Below are positions 1 to 8,499 of a DNA stretch of 16,829 bases, one piece after another. Source of the DNA: Azolla caroliniana. Lineage: Eukaryota; Plantae; Polypodiophyta. The position numbers and the translations under genes were made by a program. The stretch covers positions 1-16,829 of the forward strand of contig JBHGNT010000719.1 in assembly GCA_043228905.1 (NCBI GenBank). The letters are read 5' to 3'. Under the pieces are notes generated by a model. The model ran no database searches. It saw only the letters and a list, made by a program, of their open reading frames with translations, and was not told the origin of the DNA. Each line of letters opens with the position of its first letter. Positions within the stretch are counted from its first letter, which is position 1.

Positions 1-600
1 GCCGTGGTAGTCCGGACACCCTGGACAAACCCCGCACGTGTACTATAGGAAGGAAACGTTGTACTGTAGACAGGAAATTTTGGTTCTCCGACAATGGAGG
101 CTATACAATAACTAGCATTGGTGGCCGGGAGAAGAAGCAGGCGGAGGGACGTCTCAGGGCACACGTAGTCCTAGGCCTTGACGAAGTGATAGGCAGCGCC
201 GTGGTGGTGGTCTCTTTCGACAATACCTTGGGAGACCTAAGGTGCATGCTCGAAGAAGGCCTTAGTGAAGACCGGATGATTCCGGGTAGTTCGGAATGGA
301 TGTACGAAGTCATCGCCGACTTCGGGAAAGGGGATGAGCTGGATCGGGCGGTCCATGTGCATACGAAGTACAAGACTTTGAACAAAAAGGTGAGGCCAGT
401 CACGGCACCCTGGCTGGAGGGCAGCGAGTTACAGATGAAAGGGGGATCCGGCCGGCATAGGACACCGGTTCACCAACATAACGCTGCGGGAGCTCAAGGT
501 TGGTGGGGATGGCTTTCTATTTCTGGCGGAGGAGGAATGATTTCGGAGAATGCTCGAGAGGCACGGGAAGGCCTTCGCATTCTCGCCAGAAGAGATCAGG
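1..600 (+). pseudogene. Element A: Ty3/gypsy polyprotein remnant, region just upstream of RT
   Basis: YKTLNKKVRPV at 369-401. After a frameshift, 454-597 reads GIGHRFTNITLRELKVGGDGFLFLAEEE*FRRMLERHGKAFAFSPEEI, resembling the pre-RT segment of gypsy polyproteins. It stops abruptly at about 600. Bases 1-340 are assigned by contiguity only. Confidence 0.65.
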
Positions 601-601
601 T

Positions 602-1215
602 TCCGATTCGGTAAGGAGCACTTTGGAGTCGGAGCTCGTATCCTTATCTTTCCGACGTGCCTCCTCATCCAACAAGCTCGACTTCACTCTTGCTAGAGAT
701 AATTGTTTCCCTTCCGGCCCGGCGTTGCCCAAAATGATAACCAACGTCTCCCAGCTATCCAGGAGGGAACCGAGCAGGAGTAGCGCTAGTACCTCATCGG
801 CGAGAGGTACTTCCAATGATGTTGCTTGGTGGATCAGCCCCTGGAAGGCATTCATGTGCTCCGCCATGCTGGGGACATCTTGGTACCGGAGTCTTACTAG
901 CTTCCGGAATACCGAAACCTGATTAACAGCATTTTTGTTTTGAAACATAATGCCGATCTTCTCCCAGAGCTCATGAGCCTCGCTCTCTTCATTGAAGTTG
1001 TTGTATAGGCTCATGTCGATGAAGCACCGTATGTAAGCCGTTGTCTTCATGTGCATCACCTCCCATATCGTGGCGTCAATTTTGTCCGATCTCTTGTCCC
1101 CAAATTGAACCGGCAACCAAAGATCTTTAACCACGAGCATGTCCGTCATCTTCGACTTCCATACCGAATAGTTGGAGCCGGTGAGCTCGAACATGCCTCC
1201 CAACGAATCGTCCAT
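602..1215 (-). pseudogene. gag: Truncated copia Gag (N-terminal and UBN2-like region)
   Basis: LTGSNYSVWKSKMTDMLVVKDLW...LLLGSLLDSWETLV...VKSSLLDEEARRKDKDTSSDSKVLLTES aligns by eye with Gag of D (VKTSILNEEARRRDKEPASDPKMLFTES). Homology ends at about 602, and the rest of ORF 517..1215 is read-through into A. Confidence 0.9.
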
Positions 1216-1230
1216 TTTCTGTGTCGTTTT

Positions 1231-1242
1231 GCTCTGATACCA
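1231..1242 (-). other. Primer-binding site (tRNA-iMet) of element B
   Basis: gctctgatacca reads TGGTATCAGAGC on the - strand, the canonical plant iMet PBS, 2 nt from the LTR end. Confidence 0.95.
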
Positions 1243-1510
1243 CTTGACGGAACTGCACGCTCCCTATACGCAACGTCAGCCACAACCGAGCTTAGAATCA
1301 TACACAGAAAATGGGAAATAATGAACGACACGAAGAAGAGACGAGTACGCAGGATGGTTACGTGGAAAACCCAAACCAAGGGAAAAACCACGGCAGCCCA
1401 CAGGCTGCAAACTATCACTATGTTAGAATGTACAATAGTGAGTTCACGGAGGCAACGACCTCGCGCTCACGATCCTCGCCACAGGCGGCGGTTACAACAG
1501 AGGCAACGAC

Positions 1511-1530
1511 CTCTCTCTCTCTCTCTCTCT
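1511..1530. repeat. (CT)10 microsatellite within LTR B
   Basis: Direct reading. It corresponds to an imperfect CT-rich tract in the D LTRs. Confidence 0.9.
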
Positions 1531-1605
1531 GTACATAGTTACGTGCTCTCTCTCTCCTTGCACCAACAAGAATCACAACCGCAACTAAAAGTTTGCCCTA
1601 AGTCA

Positions 1606-1613
1606 TATTTATA
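1606..1613 (-). promoter_or_regulatory. Putative TATA box of LTR B
   Basis: tatttata reads TATAAATA on the - strand and is conserved in position in the D LTRs. Confidence 0.7.
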
Positions 1614-1690
1614 CTAATATGACTTTTTGGCTATTTACAAATATACCCATGATGGACTCTCAGAAACATATTTACGAATATGTCTCTCCA

Positions 1691-1805
1691 TCCGGTTCTC
1701 ACCGGGTCTGCACCATCCGGCTCTTCGTAGCCGGGTACTCCTCATCCAGTTCTCACCAGGTCTACACCATCCGGCTCTCCGTAGCCGGGTACTCGTCATC
1801 CGGTT
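1691..1805. repeat. 54-bp tandem duplication (2 copies plus a partial) in U3 of LTR B
   Basis: 1691-1744 versus 1745-1798 with 5 mismatches, followed by tccggtt. Confidence 0.92.
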
Positions 1806-1864
1806 TCCCTGTTCTTCAGCACTGTTCTTCGCCCTTCCGATCCGGAGGGACCTGTCTCCCAACA

Positions 1865-2849
1865 CATTAGTTCGTAAAGACTTGCGAAAGCTGTCAGATA
1901 CACTACATAGTCCGACATCAGGATGAGCTACACCCAACTTACCCACCGACCGTCCACTTCAAGTGGATGATGGATCTAGTGACGATGCCGATGGAGGTAG
2001 GGCAGATGCGATACTTGGTGCTAGCACGAGAGAACCTAACGAACCAGGTGGAGGGCCGAGCGTTAATGAACAAGACGACCGTGGCTGTGTGTCGGTTCCT
2101 AATCGAAGAGGTGGTATGTCGGTACGGGTGCGTAGGGAAGATCGTAGCAGACCATGGAGAACTGGATGCGCAAGCGGCCGAAGAGCTGTTTGATTGGTTA
2201 GGGGTTAAACTCTCGCTCACCATGACGTAAAATCTGGAGGCAAATGGGAAGGTGGAACGCGAACACAGGCCAATTGTAAAGTCGTTGGTACGGGCATGTG
2301 AAGGCCAAGTTGGGAACTGGCCGCAACTCCTGCCTTACGCGTTGTGGGCAGACCGAACTACGCACATTTCGGTAACCGGGTTCATGCCAGCGGAGCTGAT
2401 GTATGGGCAGAAGCCGATCATGCCGATGGGGTGAACAATCTCCTCATGGACTGCGGTGGATTGGAGAGACGAGATGAGTCGGGAGGAGCTGTTAGTGGCG
2501 CGAATTCGACAGTTCGAGCGAAGACCGGAGGACGTGGAACGAGCAACGGGGAAGTTGTGTGCGGCAAGGACAAAGAACAAGGGGCGATTTGACTGGACTC
2601 ACCAACTACGACCGAAGAAAATCGAGGAAGGCGATCCGGAAATTTGCGAGGAGGTGGTTCTGGCCTTACGCGATGACAAGTGCCAACGACAATGGCACCT
2701 ACCATCTTGAGGAGCTCGACGGAACGAGGATAGTTGTGCTGGTGGCGGGGAAGAGGATCAAGGCGTTCAAGAAGCAGCACGAGGACGAACCGGACCCAGA
2801 AGACATGGATAGCGATAGTGACTGGTTCGGAGTGGATGGGGAAAGATAA
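1865..2849 (+). pseudogene. pol: Element A: gypsy integrase remnant
   Basis: FVKTCESCQ (zinc-finger CxxC), HFKWMMDLVTMP, RYGCVGKIVADHGELD, ANGKVEREH, LLPYALWADRTT, GFMPAELMYGQ, KFARRWFWPY and VAGKRIKAF. Stops occur at 2228 and 2432 and there is a frameshift at about 2634. Confidence 0.9.
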
Positions 2850-2909
2850 GCATGGGCCGGTCGTCTCTGGCAAAGATCTATTCTGGCGCATACCGGTGGA
2901 TGCGCGGTT

Positions 2910-2922
2910 AGGTGGGGGCGGA
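2910..2922 (+). other. Polypurine tract of element A
   Basis: aggtgggggcgga immediately precedes TGTCGTG, 60 nt after the integrase stop. Confidence 0.75.
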
Positions 2923-3495
2923 TGTCGTGGAGAAAACCGTCCCTAGGAGGAGTCGGTGAATAGAGAGCGTGAACCAGCCCTTACACGTGGGCTCAAGTAT
3001 TGATGAGGGGTACATAGTTGGAGAATCGATGTGTATCTCTGTTCGAAGGGACAAAGAATAAAGGTGATGTGACCAGGGTGTAATGGTCCCTCCCGGCGGC
3101 CTAGATAAGGCAAGAGGACGAAGTGCTGTCGGACTGGGACCGAGCCCTTCTCCTCTGTCTTTCATTGTTCTCTACAGGTTTTGGGAGGCTGCCTCTACTT
3201 TGTGGAAAGCCCGAGTGCTTCCAGTAGAGGCTCCATCTCGCATTGTCGGTGTGCGTTGTGTGGGTTGGGGTCTGCGCATTGACGCTTGCCGGCTAGCCAG
3301 CTGTAATCTTGATCATATATATATATATATATATATTTTATTCGTCGTTTGATCTTGATTATGAGTTCTTTGTATATTTGTGTGCACGGCTCGGTCGTGG
3401 TTTCGTGTCGCCCCTCCCTCGGTTCAGTTATTCCCCGGTTCAGGGCCCTCGCGGTCCTACCTTGGTTTCTCCTACGCGTGCAGAATAACACAACA
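2923..3495 (+). repeat. 3' LTR of element A (about 573 bp)
   Basis: Starts TGTCGTG after the PPT and ends CACAACA, a 6/7 terminal inverted repeat. Composition switches to AT-rich right after. The partner LTR is outside the window. Confidence 0.75.
3315..3336. repeat. (AT)11 microsatellite within LTR A
   Basis: Direct reading. Confidence 0.9.
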
Positions 3496-3506
3496 ACGTT
3501 GCACTA

Positions 3507-3754
3507 TGTTGAGCTTGATTCTCAACAAATATAATATAAATATCTATGGAGAGGTTACAGATAGTAAAATATTACATCAATTACAATTGTTTTGTAACCT
3601 ACACATTTCAATGTTTTGTATGTTTCTATATAAAAGCTTCTTGCTAGTAATGAAATACATTGAGTTCTTCTTTTACAACATTGTCTTTCCATATCTCTCC
3701 ATCTCTCTTCCTCCCTGTCTCCTTCTTGTCTGTTATTGCCTCTTTTCCCTTACA
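3507..3754 (+). repeat. Putative short 5' LTR of copia element C (about 248 bp)
   Basis: Runs TGTTGAG...CCTTACA directly followed by a PBS-like sequence, with TATATAAAA at 3627-3635 and a pyrimidine-rich U5-like tract. The left boundary is uncertain. Confidence 0.6.
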
Positions 3755-3766
3755 TAGTATCATAGC
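3755..3766 (+). other. Degenerate tRNA-iMet PBS of element C
   Basis: tagtatcatagc matches TGGTATCAGAGC at 10/12, follows CA, and lies upstream of the copia gag at 9163 once D is removed. Confidence 0.7.
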
Positions 3767-3777
3767 TTCTCCAAGGG

Positions 3778-3782
3778 ACACC
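3778..3782. repeat. Left 5-bp target-site duplication (ACACC) of element D
   Basis: acacc at 3778-3782 and at 9103-9107 flanks the TG...CA termini. Confidence 0.95.
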
Positions 3783-4385
3783 TGATGGAAAAATAATCGA
3801 CACTTTCCAAACTTCACCTCTCGGCCACAACCAAGGAAACACACGAATCGTTGTTGCAGAAAATGGGAAATGCGAAGAATAGAGTGGAAACACAATTTAA
3901 CGTGGAAAACCCTGTACGGGAAAAACCACGGGAGTACAAGACTCCAAACCAAAACTATGCACAGAGAAATATACAATGGCGAGCTGCAAGGCGACGACCT
4001 TGAGCTCGCTGTCCTCGCCACAGGCGGCGGAATTACACAGAGGCGTCGACCTCTTCCTCTCTCACGCTCTATCTCTCTCACGGCTGCTCTCTCTTCACTT
4101 CTCTTAAGTGGAAAAACAGAAAAATGAGTAGCAACAGTAAAACTGTTTGCCCTAAGTCATATTTATACACATATGACTTTGGGGCTATTTACAACTATAG
4201 CCTCAAGGGCCCTTGGCAAACATATTCACAGATATGTCCCCGCATCCGGATCTCTCTCCAGGTACATTCGTCGTCCGGCTCCGAAGTCGGGGTCTTCATC
4301 ATCCGGTTCCGAAACCGAAACCGGGCTTGTCGGCATTCATCTCCGACATCCGACCATCCCATCCGAAGGGACCGTAATCCCAACA
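3783..4385 (-). repeat. 3' LTR of element D (603 bp)
   Basis: Direct repeat of 8500-9102 with differences at 3894/8611, 4260/8977 and 4270/8987. Termini are TG...CA. Confidence 0.97.
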
Positions 4386-4387
4386 AA

Positions 4388-4402
4388 CTGCCCCTTCACT
4401 TC
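4388..4402 (-). other. Polypurine tract of element D
   Basis: GAAGTGAAGGGGCAG on the - strand overlaps the pol stop and lies 2 nt from the 3' LTR. Confidence 0.85.
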
Positions 4403-7400
4403 GGCATGGGATGTCTCTCCAATCCGATCCTCTTCCGGCATGCTTCCAGCTTGTCGGGTGTGAGCACCTTGGTCAGCATGTCCGACCCGTTCTCGTCCGT
4501 GTGGACCTTCGTCAGCATGAACTCCTTGTCTTCTATCCTTTCCCGGATCCAGTGATATCTTCGCTGGATGTGCTTCGTCCGGGAGTGATAGGCCGCGTTC
4601 TTCGCAAGGTGGATTGCACTCTGACTGTCGCAATAGAGTCGGTACTCCTCCTGCCGGATACCAAGCTCTCTAATGAAGTCCTTCATCCATATTATTTCCT
4701 TGCCGGCTTCAACAGCCGCCATGTACTCCGCCTTCGTGGTTGACAACGCAACCGTCTTCTGCAGCCTCGACTGCCATGAAACAGCTCCCCCTGCATACGT
4801 CATCACATACCCTGATGTGGACCGGCTGGTATCTGCATCAACCGACATATCCGAATCGGTGAAGCCGTCGAGTTCGGGCTTACCGGAGCCGAATCGGAGG
4901 CACACGTTTGCCGTGCCCTTCAGGTATCGGAGTATCCACTTGGCCGCGTTCCAATGCTCTTTGCCGGGATTGCTCATGTACCGGCTCACCACTCCGACTG
5001 CATATCCTATGTCCGGTCTTGTACACACCATTGCGTACATCAAGCTTCCAACGGCAGAGGCATATGGCACTTTCATCATGTCCTCCTTCTCAGCCTTTGT
5101 CTTGGGGCTTTGCTTGCTGGACAACTTGCAGTTTGCCGGGAGGATCGATCCGACCGGTCTTGCTTCCGACATGTTGAACCGTTTGAGTACCTTTGTCACG
5201 TACTTCTCCTGTGACAGCCACAACTGCTTCTTGCTCCGGTCCCGGATGATGTGCATCCCTAGTATTTGTCTCGCCGGACCCAAGTCCTTCATTGAGAAGG
5301 TTCGGTGAAGAGCCTTCTTCAGCATCCGAATCTTGACCTGGTCCCGTCCGACGATCAACATGTCGTCCACGTACAGGAGGAGTATTAGAAAGTCTCCTCC
5401 TTCGAACTTCTTCACAAACACGCAGTGGTCGGACTGCGTTTTGAGGTACCCTTCGTTGGTCATGAAAGAGTCGAACTTCCGGTACCATTGCCGGGGAGCC
5501 TGCTTAAGTCCGTAAAGGCTCTTCTTCAACCGGCATACCAAGTGCTCCTTCCCTTTCTTCTCGAATCCTTCCGGTTGCTGCATGTAAATCTCTTCTTCGA
5601 GGTCGCCGTGAAGGAATGTCGTCTTCACGTCCATCTGTTCTACCTCGAGGTCCATGCTTGCCGCTATGCTCAGCACCGTCCGGATGGAGGTCATCTTCAC
5701 TACCGGGGCAAATATCTCGTCGAAGTCGACGCCCTTCTTCTGCTGAAACCCCTTCACCACGATCCTGGCTTTGTATCTCGGGGGGTTTCCGGCATCTCCC
5801 GGTTTCAGCTTGAACACCCACTTGTTACGGAGTGCCCGTTTTCCTTTCGGCAACTCCACAAGTTCATATGTGTGGTTCTCATGCAGGGAATCCATCTCCT
5901 CTTGCATGGCACTTAACCACCTGCGGCTATGGGTGTCATGCTTCGCTTCTTCAAAGCTCTCCGGCTCCCCCTCGTCGGTTAGCAGCACGTGCTCTGGTTC
6001 CGGAAATCTCCGGGGGGCCCTTCTCTCTCTTAGAGGATATCTCCGTTCTGGAGCTTCGGTAACCGGTTCTTCCGATTCTTCTTCGTCCGAATCCATTTCG
6101 GGATCGGGGCCGGTTCCGGTATCATTTTCATCTTCTTCGGCCGGTTCTGTTTCTTCACCGTCTTCGGCCGGATCTTCGAGTGCTAACCGGTCCCTTGCCG
6201 GTCGGGACTGCTCCTCGTAGAGTTTATCCTCACCGGTCGACTTGGAGCTCTTCATCTTCTTCTCCGACTCCCAGTCGGCGAGTGTCTTGTTCTCCATGAA
6301 GATGATATCACGACTCCGGAATATCTTCTTGTCGACCGGGTCCCATACTCGGTAGCCGAACTCGTCATCGCCGTAACCGAGGAATATGCATGGCCGGGTC
6401 TTTGGATCTAGCTTTCCTCTCCGGTCCTTTGCCACATGCACGTATGCGAGACACCCGAACACCTTCAGATGCCGGTAGGATAGTTCCCTACCGGTCCACA
6501 CTCTCTGCGGCGTGTCTCCGTCCAAAGGTACTGAGGGTGATCTGTTTATCACGTATGTCGCCGTTGACATCGCCTCAGCCCAAAACCCCTTGGGTAATTC
6601 CGCATGCGCTAGCATACTCCGGACCCTCTCCATTATGGTCCGGTTCATCCTCTCGGCCAGCCCGTTCAGTTCTGGCGTCTTCGGCACAGTAAATTCGAGC
6701 CGGATTCCCTTCGAGCGATAGTACTCTGCGAACTGCCCCCGGTATTCCCCTCCGTTATCCGCTCGTATCGCTTTCAGCTTCTTGCCGGATTCCCTTTCCA
6801 CTCTCGCGTGGAGTTCTTTGAAGACGCACAACACTTGGTGCTTTGTCTTCAACGGTGCCGTCCACAGCTTCCGGCTGTGGTCATCAATGAATGTCACGAA
6901 GTACTGGGCTCCGCCATGTGACTTCGTTTCTACTTGACACACGTCAGTGTGCACCAACTCCAATGGTGCGCTACGTCTCGTCGGTGGCCTTGAGTGGAAG
7001 GAGGCTCGGTTCTGCTTACCGGCCAGGCAATCGGTGCACTTCTCCAGGTGCACATGCTTCACTGGAATAAGGTTGTCTTCTGCAAGCCTCTTCATCCCCT
7101 TCTCACTCATGTGGCACAGTCTCTTGTGCCACAGCTCACCGGCAGTGTCGGCTGCCACGTTCAACTCTTCCGGACACAACCAGGCATTCATAAGGTACAG
7201 TGTGTTGACTTTCCGGGCTCGAGCCACTATCAGGCTCCCCTTGCTGAACTTCATTACGCCGTTCCGGATGCTACCTGTGTAGCCTTCATCGTCTAGCCTC
7301 CCGGCCGGAATGAGGTTCAATCGAACCTCCGGAACGTGTCGGACATCCTTCAGCAGCATTTTGCATCCGGTCGGGGTTGTCAACCACACGTCTCCTATGC

Positions 7401-8469
7401 CGGCAATCCGGCACGTACCTTCATTTCCCATCCGAACACAGCCATGCTCACCGGCTGTGTAGGATGAGAAGTATCTTCTTTCCGGGGTCAGGTGGAACGA
7501 CGCTCCGGAATCGACCACCCAGGTAGTCTCATCGCCGGCAATGTTTAGTTCACCTTCTTCGGTGATGAGCATGATCTCCTCTTCACTTGCCGCGAGTGCC
7601 GTCGTTCCTTTCCGGTCCTGCCCTCGCCGATCCGAACCATTTCGGTCCGTGGCTCCCCGGTAAGCACCGTTCCGTTCCGAAGACTTCTTCGAATCGGTGT
7701 CGTCGGCTCCGTTGTCCTTTCGGTAATGCCGACAATTCTTCCGGAAGTGCCCCGGCTTCCCACAGTGGAAGCATGTGGGTCTTCCTCTTGACTGCGACCG
7801 GGTCCCCGACTTCTCCCGTCTTTGCGGACTCCGGTTCCATTGTCTTCCCCGATCCGATTCAGTAAACAACATCTTCGGATCGGAGGCCGGTTCTTTATCT
7901 CTCCGACGCGCTTCTTCGTTCAAAATACTTGTCTTTACCGTTTGTAGGGACAAGTTATCTTCGGTGCAGGAGGTGCTGAGAGTCACCACCAAGTTCTCCC
8001 AGCTTTCCGGCAATGTACACATCAGAATGATGGCTTGCATTGCATCCTCCAACGGGAACTTGATCGCCGCAAGCTGATTCACGAATCCCATGAACGTGCT
8101 TACGTGTTCCACCATACTCTCGCCGTCCCGGTACTTGAGGTTCACTATCTTCCTCATCAGGGAGGTCCGGTTCAACGCATTCTTCCTCTCGTAGAGGCCC
8201 GACAGCTTCCGCCACATCTCATATGCGTTGGTGTCGTTCGCCACATGTTGTAGAACGCTCACGTCGACGTATTGCTGAATGGTTGCAACGGCTTTCCGGT
8301 TCAGAAGCCTCCATTCCGACTCAAGTACCCCCTTCGGTATTTCCGACCTGTCAATCGGTTCGTACAGGTCCCGAACAATCAGAAGATCCTCCATCTTGAT
8401 CTTCCAGTCGGCGTAATTCTGCGCATTCAGCACCATCATCCCCGGCTGCCCGCTGCCGCCGCCTTCCAT
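4396..8469 (-). CDS. gag-pol: Copia Gag-Pol polyprotein, 1357 aa (Gag, CCHC knuckle, protease, integrase, RT, RNase H)
   Basis: Motifs CFHCGKPGHFRKNC, WVVDSGASFH, WHKRLCH..CTDC, VHTDV/RADNGGEY/NGLAERMN, QMDVKT, SLYGLKQAPRQW, LLLYVDDML and FTDSD/AEY/CDSQS. The start is set at the ATG at 8469, 15 nt after the PBS as in element B. Confidence 0.96.
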   Translation of the reverse strand: MEGGGSGQPGMMVLNAQNYADWKIKMEDLLIVRDLYEPIDRSEIPKGVLESEWRLLNRKAVATIQQYVDVSVLQHVANDTNAYEMWRKLSGLYERKNALNRTSLMRKIVNLKYRDGESMVEHVSTFMGFVNQLAAIKFPLEDAMQAIILMCTLPESWENLVVTLSTSCTEDNLSLQTVKTSILNEEARRRDKEPASDPKMLFTESDRGRQWNRSPQRREKSGTRSQSRGRPTCFHCGKPGHFRKNCRHYRKDNGADDTDSKKSSERNGAYRGATDRNGSDRRGQDRKGTTALAASEEEIMLITEEGELNIAGDETTWVVDSGASFHLTPERRYFSSYTAGEHGCVRMGNEGTCRIAGIGDVWLTTPTGCKMLLKDVRHVPEVRLNLIPAGRLDDEGYTGSIRNGVMKFSKGSLIVARARKVNTLYLMNAWLCPEELNVAADTAGELWHKRLCHMSEKGMKRLAEDNLIPVKHVHLEKCTDCLAGKQNRASFHSRPPTRRSAPLELVHTDVCQVETKSHGGAQYFVTFIDDHSRKLWTAPLKTKHQVLCVFKELHARVERESGKKLKAIRADNGGEYRGQFAEYYRSKGIRLEFTVPKTPELNGLAERMNRTIMERVRSMLAHAELPKGFWAEAMSTATYVINRSPSVPLDGDTPQRVWTGRELSYRHLKVFGCLAYVHVAKDRRGKLDPKTRPCIFLGYGDDEFGYRVWDPVDKKIFRSRDIIFMENKTLADWESEKKMKSSKSTGEDKLYEEQSRPARDRLALEDPAEDGEETEPAEEDENDTGTGPDPEMDSDEEESEEPVTEAPERRYPLRERRAPRRFPEPEHVLLTDEGEPESFEEAKHDTHSRRWLSAMQEEMDSLHENHTYELVELPKGKRALRNKWVFKLKPGDAGNPPRYKARIVVKGFQQKKGVDFDEIFAPVVKMTSIRTVLSIAASMDLEVEQMDVKTTFLHGDLEEEIYMQQPEGFEKKGKEHLVCRLKKSLYGLKQAPRQWYRKFDSFMTNEGYLKTQSDHCVFVKKFEGGDFLILLLYVDDMLIVGRDQVKIRMLKKALHRTFSMKDLGPARQILGMHIIRDRSKKQLWLSQEKYVTKVLKRFNMSEARPVGSILPANCKLSSKQSPKTKAEKEDMMKVPYASAVGSLMYAMVCTRPDIGYAVGVVSRYMSNPGKEHWNAAKWILRYLKGTANVCLRFGSGKPELDGFTDSDMSVDADTSRSTSGYVMTYAGGAVSWQSRLQKTVALSTTKAEYMAAVEAGKEIIWMKDFIRELGIRQEEYRLYCDSQSAIHLAKNAAYHSRTKHIQRRYHWIRERIEDKEFMLTKVHTDENGSDMLTKVLTPDKLEACRKRIGLERHPMPK

Positions 8470-8484
8470 TTTCTGCAGCAGCTC

Positions 8485-8496
8485 GCTCCGATACCA
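8485..8496 (-). other. Primer-binding site (tRNA-iMet) of element D
   Basis: TGGTATCGGAGC matches the canonical TGGTATCAGAGC at 11/12 and lies 3 nt from the 5' LTR. Confidence 0.92.
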
Positions 8497-8499
8497 AAT

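Larger units (their letters stand above)
601..1864 (-). mobile_element. Element B: 3'-truncated Ty1/copia (Tnt1/Tork-like) with 5' LTR, PBS and partial gag
   Basis: LTR 1245-1864, PBS 1231-1242 and gag ATG at 1215. LTR blocks and Gag are clearly homologous to element D. No zinc knuckle, pol or 3' LTR is present. Confidence 0.9.
1245..1864 (-). repeat. 5' LTR of element B (620 bp)
   Basis: On the - strand it begins TGTTGGGA (1864) and ends CCGTCA (1245) next to the PBS. It shares conserved blocks with the D LTRs and has TATAAATA at 1606-1613 (-). Confidence 0.9.

Noticed and set aside
1691-1805. Repeat array as CRISPR-like
   Set aside because: It has only two adjacent copies, no spacers, no cas genes and sits in a eukaryotic LTR.
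3507-3527. TGTTGAG-7nt-CTCAACA hairpin as a mini element or terminator
   Set aside because: A 7-bp stem with no TSD could arise by chance, and it is better read as the start of LTR C.
3644-4555. Duplicated small ORFs also seen at 8436-9199
   Set aside because: They are duplicated only because they lie in the LTRs, and they carry no protein motifs.
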